Below, piece after piece: positions 44,411 to 58,019 of a stretch of DNA of 64,000 bases. The stretch's first letter is position 1. Every line of letters starts with the position of its first letter. The notes beneath the pieces were generated by a model. That model made no database searches. It was not told the DNA's origin and worked only from the letters and a program-made list of their open reading frames with translations. The position numbers and the translations under genes were made by a program. Origin of the DNA: Macrostomum lignano (Eukaryota); NCBI GenBank assembly GCA_002269645.1, contig NIVC01000697.1, positions 186,001 to 250,000 of the forward strand. The letters are read 5' to 3'.

Positions 44411-45924
44411 TGCCGACGGTTTAGTATTAGGATTAGTGTTGGGTTATTGTTGGGGTATGGAATCAATTTGTGGCTATCGTTGTACACCCTGTGTGAGCGC
44501 GCGTGTGCCAGTCTATTGCCCCAAATTGCGACACATCTGCCTATAGTTTTGTCTTCTTATTGTCTTTTGTCTTTGCTCAATTGTTGTATTCGTATTAGTA
44601 CTCCAGTGTAACTTTAGCTGATTATATAATACTTATTATGGTATTTCGATTGGTTATTCGCAATTGGTTAAGCTGAATTGGTCGCGGTTAGTACGCAGGT
44701 AGCAATTGGCGGCACATGTAACCAGGTTGTGCTGGTCAGGTGTGTATCTGTTTATTATTAATTGTTATCATAGCAATAAAAATAGAAGTTTTCATACTTG
44801 GTGGTGAGCGGGCCATCCACTGCCCCAATCGCATATCGATCGCTTCTCGATCGATCGATACGCTTTTGTTTCGTATTTCTTTACTCCCCATCTCCCTATT
44901 TTCCCCTCAGCGTTCCGTGTTCCCAGTCCCTCCCCGCGGTTCTCCCAGCAGTTTGCAAGCGTATCGGTTTCGCTGCTCAAGGCTCCGCGCAGGCTCTAAG
45001 GGGGCAGAGGTGCTTCTTGAATAATGGAGCAGCTACCAAACACTGCGGCCTAAGTCATGGACTTCTAGATAGAGCATCTGGATAGAGAAACTGACTCTAG
45101 GACACAACCTATTAATCGCTCTAGACTGCTATACTCAAAACTTTGTGCCTTAAAAAAGCTGCCACCTGACAGGCCATTCCACCTTATTGGACTCGAAATT
45201 TGCTGTAGTAAGATTTTCATTTCCAGTTGATGGGTTTTTTAGCCCGGCAGTTTCCGATCCAGATAGCTGCTTCCAGAGCTGCCAGGCTTGGCCGAAGTCC
45301 CTTTCGACCGGCCGAGACCAGCTGTTAATTATTCACACCAGTCCCTCCCCTTCGCCAGCTTTATCCCCCCAATAGTTGCTCCAAATCTGAGCAACGAGCC
45401 GCCTTCTCTCTCTTCCGCCTGCTCAATAAAAACTTTCCCCAATATCTGAGTGCGCTGAGCACGGGGAGCTTAGATGGCTAAGATATTTTTGACATCATCG
45501 CGAAATTTCAGCTTTACTCCAGCATGCATATTTTGTCTCAGTAGAGCTCTGTTCATGAGTACTAGCCTTCGATCATTTATCACTGGGCTGCGGTTGGAAC
45601 GGCGGCAGCTTCATTCATTTTAATGGCTTTTCGCACGTCTTCATCGTGTGAAGGAATTGCGAAAGGCTCTGCATTGATAAATTTGTCTTTTTGCCCGTCT
45701 GCGAAGTTCATCTAAGCAGCTAAGAGGTTGCAAACCCGTCAAGATTTCCCATTACACCTAAATCAAACAGCTCATTCATCCAGGTACTGCGTAGCTATAG
45801 ATTGACAAAAAACTTTGGTTAGAGTAATAATCTAGCGTTTAGTAAACTACACTTAAAGCTGGTTTCAAAAACAGACTAATAGAGATTACAATTTTGTATT
45901 TACACACTCCATCAGGCAGAACAG

Positions 45925-46810
45925 GAACCATTGCGCACAGCGTCAGATAGAGCGGCAACCATTGCACACAGCATCAGATAGAGTGGCAACCATTGCGCAC
46001 AGCGTCAGATAGAGCGGCAACCATTGCACACAGCATCAGATAGAGCGGCAACCATTGCACACAGCGTCAGATAGAGCGGCAACCATTGCACACAGCATCA
46101 GATAGAGTGGCAACCATTGCACACAGCATCAGATAGAGCGGCAACCATTGCACACAGCATCAGATAGAGCGGCAACCATTGCACACAGCGTCAGATAGAG
46201 CGGCAACCATTGCACACAGCATCAGATAGAGCGGCAACCATTGCACACAGCATCAGATAGAGCGGCAACCATTGCACACAGCATCAGATAGAGCGGCAAC
46301 CATTGCACACAGCATCAGATAGAGTGGCAACCATTGCACACAGCATCAGATAGAGCGGCAACTATTGCACACAGCATCAGATAGAGTGGCAACCATTGCA
46401 CACAGCATCAGATAGAGCGGCAACCATTGCACACAGCATCAGATAGAGCGGCAACCATTGCACACAGCGTCAGATAGAGTGGCAACCATTGCACACAGCG
46501 TCAGATAGAGCGGCAACCATTGCACACAGCATCAGATAGAGCGGCAACCATTGCACACAGCATCAGATAGAGCGGCAACCATTGCACACAGCATCAGATA
46601 GAGTGGCAACCATTGCACACAGCATCAGATAGTAGAGCGGCAACCATTGCACACAGCATCAGATAGTAGAGCGGCAACCATTGCACACAGCATCAGATAG
46701 TAGAGCGGCAACCATTGCACACAGCATCAGATAGAGCGGCAACCATTGCACACAGCATCAGATAGAGCGGCAACCATTGCACACAGCATCAGATAGAGCG
46801 GCAACCATTG
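45925..46810. repeat. 31-bp minisatellite (GCAACCATTGCACACAGCATCAGATAGAGCG)n, about 28 copies
   Basis: Visible period 31. Confidence 0.95.
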
Positions 46811-47229
46811 CTAAAAACTCCAGAATAAATATGCTTTAAGGCAAGTGACAAAAAGGTAAAACAACAACACGCTTCTTGAGAACAAAGGAATTTTCTCAAC
46901 TGGATTTATCATTCATGCTCACAACCGGGAATTCAGCATCCTCCAGAGTTTTTTATCCTGCTTTATCTCCATCCATTCCAATTCTCCCATTCTATAGCCC
47001 TTAAAGCGAGCGCTTCCTTGGCAAAAAATGTTGAGCAAAAAAAATAACAGCGAACGGATGCATGACGTGCCGTGCATGGTAAGAAACTGTTTTGCCCGAA
47101 ACATGCATTCTGATTCTACAGCTGTCTTGAGCAGCACGCAATATGCTTTGTAGTCAGGCCTGAGTCAAATTAAACTAACTCTGATAAGCTAGGAGTGAGG
47201 CGGCCTGCATTGATAATTATAATAATTGC

Positions 47230-47430
47230 AGTAAGCACCCTGCCCATTCCTGAGCACATGCGAGCGCGCCAATACTGTACGCAGGCACGCACTCATACAC
47301 CAAGGACTACTAGACTATAAAGAAGTGTTCCTAGTGGTCCTTGTCAAACACACTCACGCTGAGTGTACAGCGGTCCTGACTTTCTAATAGTCAAGCAAAC
47401 GCAGTCTCTGTGACTTGGGGGCTTAGCCCT
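47230..47430 (-). mobile_element. Diverged SINE body related to family 2, interrupted by a 43-bp inverted-repeat element (47301-47343)
   Basis: Shares CCGCTGTACACTC..GTGAGTGTG..CCTGCGTAC..GCGCGCT..GCTCAGG..AATGGGCAG with 41262-41617. The insert CAAGGACTACTAG...CTAGTGGTCCTTG is flanked by TCATACAC/TCAAACAC. Confidence 0.55.
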
Positions 47431-47689
47431 CATGTGAGTGTGAATCGCACGACAACCACCCGTCAATTTTCAAGCTCAAAAAGCCGCGAATCGATGCGAG
47501 TAGTATCGGTTCGCAGAACCTACCGAACGCTATGGAGATTGGAGGCAGAAATTGGCGATGGGCAGGTGGAGGTGACGCGGTGCATGGAGTTGGGGTGGGT
47601 CGGCGGGAAGGTTAGCAGAACAGTTGCCCAACAATGCGGCGATAGGAGAGCGAGCGTAAAAGGTGAGGGGGTATGGGTGCAAGGCAGAG

Positions 47690-48495
47690 CGTGGGGTTGG
47701 TTGGCCCAGCGCACAATGAACAGGGTGAGGGGTAGGGGTGCAAAGCAGAGCGTGGGGTTGGTTGGCCCAGCGCACAATGAACAGGGTGAGGTGGTAGGGG
47801 TGCTAGTCAAAGCGTGGGGTTGGTTGGCCCAGCGCACAATGAACAGGGTGAGGGGTAAGGGTGCAAGGCAAAGCGTGGGGTTGGTTGGCCCAGCGCACAA
47901 TGAACAGGGTGAGGGGTAGGGGTGCAAGGCAAAGCGTGGGGTTGGTTGGCCCAGCGCACAATGAACAGGGTGAGGGGTAGGGGTGCAAGGCAAAGCGTGG
48001 GGTTGGTTGGCCCAGCGCACAATGAACAGGGTGAGGGGGTAGGGGTGCAAGGCAAAGCGTGGAGTTGGTTGGTCCAGCGCACAATGAACAGGGTGAGGGG
48101 GTAGGGGTGCAAGGCAGAGCGTGGGGTTGGTTGGCCCAGCGCACAATGAACAGGGTGAGGGGTAGGGGTGCAAAGCAGAGCGTGGGGTTGGTTGGCCCAG
48201 CGCACAATGAACAGGGTGAGGTGGTAGGGGTGCTAGTCAAAGCGTGGGGTTGGTTGGCCCAGCGCACAATGAACAGGGTGAGGGGTAAGGGTGCAAGGCA
48301 AAGCGTGGGGTTGGTTGGCCCAGCGCACAATGAACAGGGTGAGGGGTAGGGGTGCAAGGCAAAGCGTGGGGTTGGTTGGCCCAGCGCACAATGAACAGGG
48401 TGAGGGGTAGGGGTGCAAGGCAAAGCGTGGGGTTGGTTGGCCCAGCGCACAATGAACAGGGTGAGGGGGTAGGGGTGGAAGGCAGAGTGTGGGGT
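47690..48495. repeat. About 61-bp G-rich minisatellite with a 430-bp higher-order duplication
   Basis: Period 61; the same variant unit occurs at 47751 and 48181. Confidence 0.93.
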
Positions 48496-49509
48496 TGGTC
48501 AGGTGGTAGGTAAGCAGCACCCTGCGGAATATTATTGATACAAGATGTTTGAGAAAGTTTGGGGGATTTTAGGGGCTGTACAAGGGCACTGGGCACGTAT
48601 ATGTATATCATTCCTGGATCGTCGGCTCTTTTTAAGCACAACAATCAAACGCTCTTAGAAAATGGAAAAATCAATTGTTTTTAAATTAATAAGCCAAGTT
48701 GCGGCGCGAGAGTCAGACGCAGCCGCTCTTACCCCCTGGCAGCTTGCATTGGAATTGGAACCCAGACCAATCTGAACTGATGGATAGCTAGGCGTGAGGC
48801 AGACCAATTTGATTCGGAGATACGAGAGAGTAGAAAATATTCAAAATTTTAAGAGCGCATTGTCTGCTGCCTCTCTCCCTTTACAGCCCTCGCTTTCCCC
48901 AGCAACATGGATCCCATTTGGCCCATCGCATTCCGCTGTTATCCAGATGCAGTCTCCCCTCCTTCATCGTGGTCAGGAATTCTACCTATTGTGCTAGGAT
49001 TGCCGCCTACACCCCTTTAGAACTAGGAGCTGGCAAAGCTGCAATAGAAAGCCGCATATCTTTCATCGGATCGGAGCGAATCGTTCGATTATAAAAGTAC
49101 ATGTTTGTGGACTCTTTAGTGCGCAGCCCGCCTCTGGGCTAGGTACGGTAGATAGGGATTATTAGAGAGAACGAGTACAGGTGAGAGAGAAGAAGGGCTC
49201 CCGGCTAGTGTTGCTGATGGAGCTAACATGAATATATCAGTTTGGCAGCGGCAGCAGCCCTGTTTAGCGCTGCAATCTTCATAATCTGTCTACCACCCGC
49301 TGTGTGCGATCTATCTGCTGACGCTGACACCTCCTGGGCAGCATAGCCCGAATAGAATGCGGCTGGTTTTAACTCGTAATTAGCTAAATTTGTCGGGCAT
49401 TGGCCTGCGTGCCGCGAACCCAACAAACATCAACACGGAGTGATCGTATAGGGCTGCAGGCCTGTCATGGATGTTTTTAGAGTTTCGCGAATCCACAGAA
49501 CTGCTCTCG

Positions 49510-50680
49510 GCCATAGACAATAAAGCCGATCAAGCGGACAGCTCCCAGTTCCAACAATCAAGCAGGAAATTTCAAAACAAGTATTCCTGATTGATTTTTC
49601 GGGCAAGACTGCTTAAGAAACGGCCAATTCTCTGCCCGATATCGGGCTGGGCCATAGACGAACCCGAAACGATTGTATTTAAAACATTAAAAGTGCAACA
49701 TTACAAAGAGGACAACAGTAACGATTTAATATAGTCTTGCGGTGCAACCCACGCCGTCTTTACAGTACAGGGTAGTTCAATGCCCAAGTGGCGTTCAGAG
49801 GTACTCACTTACAGGAAAAATAGAACACGGAATCCATTTTTCTCTAGCACTGCAGTCGGCAGAACTCCATTAAAGTCCATTTGTTCGCAGTTAACAGCAG
49901 ATACTTTCACCCTGCATATATTGCGAGCATGTGATTGGACATAAAATAGAATACTTATAAATAAAGGTTTGCAGCTTCTGCAGCGGCTATTTGTCTATGT
50001 GTGAAAGTACGGCATTCTGAGCTTCTTGTGATGCTGGTGCTTGTCTATGGCTAGGACCAAAAAATCGAGCTTCTGGCGATCCATTTATATTATTCATCCA
50101 TGCCATAGACTCGCTTTCAGATGAGCGATCTTTTCTATTCCTTCAGCCATGATCGCGTCCCCCACACCCCACTTTCCCCCTGGCTCTTTCATTGTCGGCT
50201 GATTTTCCATGCAAGAATGGCATTCTTGCACTCTTTTGCGTGCAGGAATGAATGTCTATGGTAAAATCTCAATGAAAAAGCATTAGGCGCAGAAATGCAT
50301 TCCTGCACGATAAATCATCCGACAATGGAATTCCTTCACGTTCACTCGTGCGTGAAGGACATCGTGCACTCGTGCGCTAGCACGCACTCGTGCAGATGTC
50401 ATTCCCGCACTCGTGACCGTGCAGGAATATATCATTCTTATTTGATCCAGCGTGCAAGAATGCTTTGGAAGTCGCCATATGCGTGCAGAAATGCAAGTGT
50501 CTACGAGTATGGTAAAAGCATCTTGAATTTACGTGTGCACTCCGTTCAGGAATGTCAATCGTGCAAGAATGTAATGCGCAATGTTTCTATATTTAGCATA
50601 ACAGCCATAGACTACAAGCATAATCTTCTTTCCATCGTGCAAGAATGTTCAGACTAGCTCGCGCATATTTTGTCTATGGT
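49510..50680. mobile_element. Cluster of short elements bounded by CCATAGAC...GTCTATGG inverted termini (49510-50051, 50102-50261, 50604-50680)
   Basis: An 11-bp perfect TIR GCCATAGACAA/TTGTCTATGGC bounds the first element. Internal CGTGCAAGAAT subrepeats occur in both orientations. A further copy lies at 54119-54170. Confidence 0.5.
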
Positions 50681-52041
50681 TCAAGTCTAACTCCACACCC
50701 CCAGCTGCACCCTTGTCTACTTTAGGCACACATGTTGGATCAAATAAGAATGGGAATCAAGCACTTTAACTTGCAAAGAAAACTTTGCAAAACCGTACTC
50801 TGGAATTTAATTATCCCCTGTCGAACTTGGTGACTGGTATCTCTAAGTAAACATCTAGCATTGTGATGCAGGTTAGCAAGGCGACTTTAATCTTCTGTTG
50901 CGTGTTGCAGCCCGTCCCACTGTCCGATTAGCAATTACTATTTTATTGAATTTCCCTCTCCGCCGGCCTGTCTGAGCACTGCTCGCCCGCGGCCAGCTCG
51001 GGCTAAACTCTTTCATCCGATGGAAGCACTCCAATCGGAAATTAGCTATATATATATACATGCAGCTATAGTAACTAAGCGCATTTCGCCGCCAGTTACG
51101 GGAATCGAGTTGAAAGAATGGCTGCTGGTCTTACTTGGTCCCGGATCTGCGAAATTTGCTTTGCAACCAGTCTAGCCCGAGGCAAGACAAGTGGGCTATA
51201 ATTTAAAATAAAGACAGAAATGTAGATATATATATAAGTATAGCGAAGCTTATTTGAATTTGCACTTATACTATTTGAATTTATTTGACGCCCATGGCAC
51301 GTTGTCTCCGTCTACTACAGCTCACGTTTGAGTCTATGATGGATTCTCTCTCTCTCTCTCTAGCATGTGGATAATTGGCTTCTGAATTGTGGAATTCCGG
51401 CTCAATCCGCGATGGATACCTTCTACACAGTTTAAAATGAATATTGCATTAGAAATTGAGGGTTGAATTCAACCAGAGACAAGTAGGTCTTTCGTTCCAG
51501 GTGCCTCCACAAGTTTTTGGCAAACATCCTGTTCCTGTATTAGCTTAGAATTATATGAACAAGTTTTTTCCCATCTCGAATCTACTGTTCTATTGCGGCA
51601 CTAAATTTACTAAGCTTATACCTTCTTTAATCAGATCGAAGTGGAAGTTTGCCTGCCCCAATTTTCTCTCTTAATGCTACTTTCAATGAGATGATGACAC
51701 ACTCATTGCGTCAGTTCCAAACATGCTGTATTCTCTATTCTCAAGTTGGGCCAAGTGTCAGTTTTTTGGCCAAATGTTTTGTTTCAGGGACTCCTGCCGG
51801 CACTTTGTATTGCAAGGAATATTGTTAGCGAGCTCAGGAGCTATTAAATACAGAATAGTCAGCTCCCTACTGAACTTTCTGTGGGTTGAATTCGAATTTC
51901 TAGCCAACTTATGATGCATACTACTCTTGGTACTATACCAGACTAACACACGATCAATGTGTGACATGATTTATTGATCAAAACACGCTGAGTTGAAGTG
52001 AATGAGCAGTAATACGTGAACCACTGTGATCTGTGATAGAA

Positions 52042-52186
52042 GGTTGCTTTCACAAACGCGAAACTTTATAACCTCTACAAAGACTGACTTTTTTGCGGTC
52101 GTGAAGTTTCGCGTCCATGAAATTTAGCGCTTATGAAATTGGGTGATTTAGCGGTTGTGAAGTTTTGCGTTTGTGAAAGCCAAACC
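52042..52186. mobile_element. Small palindromic MITE related to 60812-61500
   Basis: GGTTGCTTTCACAAACGCGAAACT / AGTTTTGCGTTTGTGAAAGCCAAACC imperfect TIRs. Confidence 0.55.
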
Positions 52187-52796
52187 CACCAGTGATTGGA
52201 ATACTTGTACATCTACTGTAGCCTCAATGTGATGCTTACGCTCTAAATTTAGAATACCTTTGTCTAGTATCGAATCCTAAGCTCCTTTCGCCTTTTATTG
52301 ATAGGAGCTTAGGACAGAGGATTTAACTAATCTACTCTCATTCACTCGGGGTGTCACTTTACAAGACCTTTGCCAAAGCAGCCACGCCCAACAATGGGAA
52401 GATGTATAGCAAAGTAAGGCTACTGATGTTTTTTCTCTCCTGTTTACGAGTATTCAATCTGGACACAACCTACAAACTGAAAAACTCCTCATTGGCCTAT
52501 GGACTGCTAGCATTGTGCAAGTTATATATGTGTAAGCTGCAGAGGAGCAGGCAACCATAGTGCGAGCCCACAGAGTACGATTTCGTCGAAATTCCCATAG
52601 AATGATCAAATCAAACTGTGGCTACGATCATGAAGACCCCGACAGTCTGGAGTCTGTCATGTCCACGTACGTGCTTTTTTATCTGATTAATTATTGCCTT
52701 GGGCTCAGGTTCTTGTCGGGCTAAGAAAGATAGATAGATTTATATCAGGGGTCGACAGTATCTGGCTTCGACAATATCTTTCTTCTCTCTTCTTAC

Positions 52797-53855
52797 CTCT
52801 CTCCTCTCCTCTCCTCTCCTCTCCTCTCCTCTCCTCTCCTCTCCTCTCCTCTCCTCTCCTCTCCTCTCCTCTCCTATCCTCTCCTCTCCTCTCCTCTCCT
52901 CTCCTATCCTCTCCTATCCTATCCTATCCTATCCTATCCTCTCCTCTCCTCTCCTCTCCTATCCTCTCCTATCCTCTCCTCTCCTCTCCTCTCCTCTCCT
53001 CTCCTCTCCTCTCCTCTCCTATCCTCTCCTATCCTATCCTATCCTATCCTATCCTCTCCTCTCCTCTCCTCTCCTCTCCTCTCCTCTCCTCTCCTATCCT
53101 CTCCTCTCGTATCCTATCCTATCCTATCCTATCCTCTCCTCTCCTCTCCTCTCCTCTCCTATCATCTTCTCTCCTCTCCTCTCCTCTCCTCTCCTCTCCT
53201 CTCCTATCCTCTCCTCTCCTCTCCTCTCCTATCCTCTCCTCTCCTCTCCTCTCCTATCCTCTCCTCTCCTATCCTCTCCTCTCCTCTCCTCTCCTATCCT
53301 CTCCTCTCCTCTCCTCTCCTATCCTCTCCTCTCCTCTCCTCTCCTCTCCTCTCCTCTCCTATCCTCTCCTCTCCTATCCTCTCCTCTCCTCTCCTCTCCT
53401 ATCCTATCCTATCCTATCCTCTCCTCTCCTATCCTCTCCTCTCCTCTCCTCTCCTCTCCTCTCCTCTCCTATCCTCTCCTCTCCTCTCCTCTCCTATCCT
53501 CTCCTCTCCTATCCTCTCCTCTCCTCTCCTCTCCTATCCTCTCCTCTCCTCTCCTCTCCTATCCTCTCCTCTCCTATCCTCTCCTCTCCTATCCTCTCCT
53601 CTCCTCTCCTCTCCTATCCTATCCTATCCTATCCTCTCCTCTCCTCTCCTCTCCTCTCCTCCCCTATCCTCTCCTCTCCTCTCCTCTCCTATCCTCTCCT
53701 CTCCTATCCTCTCCTCTCCTCTCCTCTCCTATCCTCTCCTCTCCTCTCCTATCCTCTCCTCTCCTATCCTCTCCTATCCTCTCCTCTCCTATCCTCTCCT
53801 CGCCTCTCCTCTCCTCTCCTATCCTATCCTATCCTCTCCTCTCCTCTCCTCCCCT
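52797..53855. repeat. (CTCCT/ATCCT)n pentamer microsatellite, about 1.06 kb
   Basis: Visible; source of the 455-aa SSPLL ORF. Confidence 0.97.
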
Positions 53856-55064
53856 CTCTTCTCCTTTTTTCCCACGTCTCTCTTTTATTCTATCTTTCCT
53901 CCCTCTTCTCTATTCTCCTCTCTCGCCACCTCTGTCCCGCAGTCATGCGCTACGTTTTCTATCTGGCCCTTGAAGTAAGGGCCTCAAGTAAGGATTGCCG
54001 ACCCCTGATCTATATATCACCAATAGGTAGAAGCATGTTAATTTTGTTTTTTTACTCGTAAATTGATGCCAAAGATACACTACCAGTGCAACATTTGGTC
54101 TGGGGCTTCAGTGCGCGACCATAGACTATAAAATTTCATTAAGTTACCCCGAAAAATATTTTGTCTATGGTAACTGACGGAGTTTTTGCTACTTGCTACT
54201 GGCTTATGCAGGTCTTAAAATGTGTCTGTGACCATCAACGGCCAGACTCCTAGTGTTTGTGCTCTCAGACATGATTATCCAGTGTCTGGAGCAGAGCCAG
54301 GAGAACTCTGTGCCGTGGGTGCATTTCACTCAGAGAAATTTTCAGAGAACTAATTGTAGCCTGAGGAAACGCTGGTGCGTCATTTCATTCTGACCACACA
54401 GCCGCAAAAGTTGTTTTTTTCCTCCAGTCATGCAGAAAGCTGCTCACTCGCTGCTCCGTTTAGGTGCAGTTGGATGGCGGTAAACAACTATAATTAATTC
54501 CTGGTACTTTTATTAGCCCCAAAGACCACGAGAAGCACGGGAAGGAACAAACAAAGTGCAGAATAAGCGCCCCACGCACTCTTACACGCCAGTCCGGGAT
54601 TTTGGCGCACTTTTCTACTGAGTTTCCTTGTCTCGGGAGTCCTGATTTCTTTGAACTTGGCTCCGACTTGGAACTGGAGAGAGACTTGCCACTTGAATGA
54701 TGCATAGAAGTCAAGCCGAGAAAACTTCACAGGGGGCCAACGCTAAATGCTTCTTTCACTCACTCACTCACTCGCTTTCTCTAGCGCGCATAATTGCATC
54801 AGGCTCTGGTTGGGCCGCACTGCCATGCGTCATAATCGGATTAAGCAATGAGGCAATCCATTTCCCCTAGATGCGCAATCGTCCCCTTTTTGGTGGATGC
54901 GCGCGAGCCCGGCGCATTCTTGAACGAGTTTTGTTGGAGCTCTCAGTTGAAGCATCCCCCCCCCCGGAGCTGGCCGGATAAGTTCGGTCGGTTAGGAATC
55001 TCACGGGGGAACAGTGATGAAGGAAGGAGATTGAAGGTTAAAGAATCAGGGGAAAGGTAGACTA

Positions 55065-55400
55065 GGTAAAGAGAGAGGGATGGACAGAGACACAGAGAGG
55101 GAAAGACACAGTGAGTAGGGCACGGTGAGAAGGGGAGAGGAGAGAGAGAGGGAAAGACAGAAAGGGGGAGAGGAGAGGGAGAGACAAAGAGGGGGAGAGG
55201 AAAGGGAGAGTGAGAGAGGGAGAGGAGACAGAGAGGGGGAGAGAGGGAGAGGGAGAGACTGAGAGGGGGAGAGAAGGAGAGGGAGAGACTGAGAGGGGGG
55301 GAGAGGGAGAGGGAGTGGAGGGAAAAAAGGTGAGAGGAGAGGGAGAGACAGAGAGGGTGAGAGGAGAGGGAGAAGGAGAGACAGAGAGGGGAGACACAGA
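55065..55400. repeat. GA-rich low-complexity tract
   Basis: Visible. Confidence 0.9.
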
Positions 55401-56060
55401 CAGTAAGAAACTAAACCAATTATTTAAATTAACATCTTTTAGTTGTTACTTGTTTTTTTCCAGCCAATGAGTAGTATGCTTCGAATCTTTGCAACTGATT
55501 CTTTAAAAAATCCGGTTCTTTCTCGAACAAATCACAGTCCAGCAGCATCCCATACATGGTGGGTGACGGGGGAGGCCTCGGTTGCCTGCACGCAAAAAAT
55601 TAGCCGCACTAAATACTCGTAATGCAAGCACACTCGTACGTTACGATTTTGTTGATTGGCTTTTTACTTTTAGATTAAAAGCCAAAGCTGCTGGATAAGA
55701 ACTGATGCGGCTCTCACAGTTGGCTAGATAAATAAAAGTTAAGGGATATATACGAGCGTAGATTGGGGGAAAAGTCCTATATAGTTCTGCTCCTCTCAGA
55801 TTCAAAGGCCATAGCAACTCAGTAAAATGACATTGCGCGTTCGTTAGAGTGAAAGGCTGCCGGTGGGAGGCCCGGGTGAGGAGTGAGAATTATTCTAAGA
55901 AATCTGGAGCCCACTGTGGGAAAGAAATCCTCCGCATTGTCAAGGTGCTCTAAAATCGGCGTCTGGAGTAGCTAAAAAGAGAAACAAAACAAGGAATTTA
56001 AAATAAAATAAAAAAAACATGAAAAACATGAAAACATGATTCTCTACAGCAACACTAGCT

Positions 56061-57199
56061 GAGGGGTCCGCAAGCTTCTTATTTACCTCAGGTACCAGAT
56101 GAGGAATCCAACTCACAGCTGCGGACCAAGATGAGAGAGCAAAGGATAGTGGATAGAAAAGAGAGAAGAGGAAAGAGATAGAGACAGAGACGAGAGAGAA
56201 GATGAGATGTACGAGAACGAGAACATGTGAGAAAGAAGTTAAGAGGAGAGAGGAGAGATGAGATGAGAGAAGGGATGAGAGAAGAGGTGACAGAGGAAAT
56301 GAGAGCGGAGAGAAGAGAGAAGAGGTGACACAGGAAATGAGAGCGGAGAGAAGAGAGAAGAGGTGACACAGGAAATGAGAGCGGAGAGAAGAGAGAAGAG
56401 GTGACAGAGGAAATGAGAGCGGAGAGAAAATAGAAGAGAGAACAGAGGAAATGAGAGCGGAGAGAACAGAGAAGAGGTGACAGAGGAAATGAGAGCGGAG
56501 AGAAGAGAGAAGAGGTGACAGAGGAAATGAGAGCGGAGAGAAGAGAGAAGAGGTGACACAGGAAATGAGAGCGGAGAGAAGAGAGAAGAGGTGACACAGG
56601 AAATGAGAGCGGAGAGAAGAGAGAAGAGGTGACACAGGAAATGAGAGCGGAGAGAAGAGAGAAGAGGTGACACAGGAAATGAGAGCGGAGAGAAGAGAGA
56701 AGAGGTGACACAGGAAATGAGAGCGGAGAGAAGAGAGAAGAGGTGACACAGGAAATGAGAGCGGAGAGAAGAGAGAAGAGGTGACAGAGGAAATGAGAGC
56801 GGAGAGAAGAGAGAAGAGGTGACACAGGAAATGAGAGCGGAGAGAAGAGAGAAGAGGTGACACAGGAAATGAGAGCGGAGAGAAGAGAGAAGAGGTGACA
56901 GAGGAAATGAGAGCGGAGAGAAGAGAGAAGAGGTGACAGAGGAAATGAGAGCGGAGAGAAGAGAGAAGAGGTGACAGAGGAAATGAGAGCGGAGAGAAAA
57001 GAGAAGAGGTGACAGAGGAAATGAGAGCGGAGAGAAGAGAGAAGAGGTGACAGAGGAAATGAGAACGGAGAGAACAGAAAAGAGAGAACAGATGAGGGCT
57101 GAAAAGAGACATATGCCGGGGCGGATTGCAATTGTGAAGTTTCAAAGGACCCGAGGGCTGGATAGAAAGGTTTCGCGGGCCGAAGTTTGCCGACCCCAG
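56061..57199. mobile_element. hAT-type non-autonomous element carrying an internal minisatellite
   Basis: Ends GAGGGGTCCGCAAGC and GTTTGCCGACCCCAG (11/15 as inverted pair), resembling hAT CAGGGGTCGGCAAAC termini. The flanks CACTAGCT / GTCTAGAG are both CTAG-centred, like the NTCTAGAN target of Charlie/Buster hATs. Confidence 0.5.
56150..57090. repeat. 38-bp purine-rich minisatellite, about 22 copies
   Basis: Period 38. Confidence 0.95.
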
Positions 57200-58019
57200 G
57201 TCTAGAGCACAAAACCTTCCACAGAACTGCATGCAGAAACTGCAGTCAGCGGATGAAAAGAGTCCATTTCCAATCCAGATTTTGGTTCTGGGAACTGCTT
57301 GTGACCAGCGTAGCTAGCTGCAGGCGCAGAAAAGAGCGATGGGTTGCTGGGAGAAGTCTCAAAGCAAAGAGTATGCGTCGGAAGAGCTGCAGACGGTGTC
57401 CTCTCCGCCTTCCCCCAAGCTAACCAGAGCATTTGCTGTCCCACAGGCTGTGTGGTCTTTCCCCTCGAGTGGCCAGTATAGCAGCTCACAGAGATCTGTG
57501 ATCCCGCCCACACGATCACTGTCCGCGCGAGATCCCCGCCAGGAAGGGGGATGAAAGCAAGCAGACGGCCAACCAGATTTTGCCCAGTCTCCGGAGTCGG
57601 CGGGAGATGCGGCCGCTCTGCACTCGCGTATCAGCCGCCAACTTTTCTATTACTAGTTTTTGCTTGCCTCGAATTCTTCCTCCCCTCGAGCCCGGCTCCG
57701 GGAAGATTCGCTTTCTTGGGCAATTTTTTTGCTATCCGCTTCATCTGTTGTAGCCGACTTTTACTTTTTCTCTCTTTCTCCTGCCGCGCAACGCGCCTGG
57801 GGCGATAAGTTAATCCCCACCCTTCCCCCCGCACCCCGGCTCGCTTCCTCTTAAGTCGGTTTCTCACGCTCGCCTCTCGGCGCAGATAAGCGTCCCCATT
57901 CCCCCCCCCCCGCCGGGCCAAACTTGTCAATCAGTTTATCTCACCGAAGAAGCCGCGAAAAGGGAGACAGGACGAGGAAACTGGGAGGTCTGGCTTGGAG
58001 TAGCCAAGGTGCGGTTGCC

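Noticed and set aside
54848-55060. Possible fourth phase-2 exon (MRQSISP..., AG|GTAGAC)
   Set aside because: The donor is weak, the peptide looks random, and it sits next to a GA tract.
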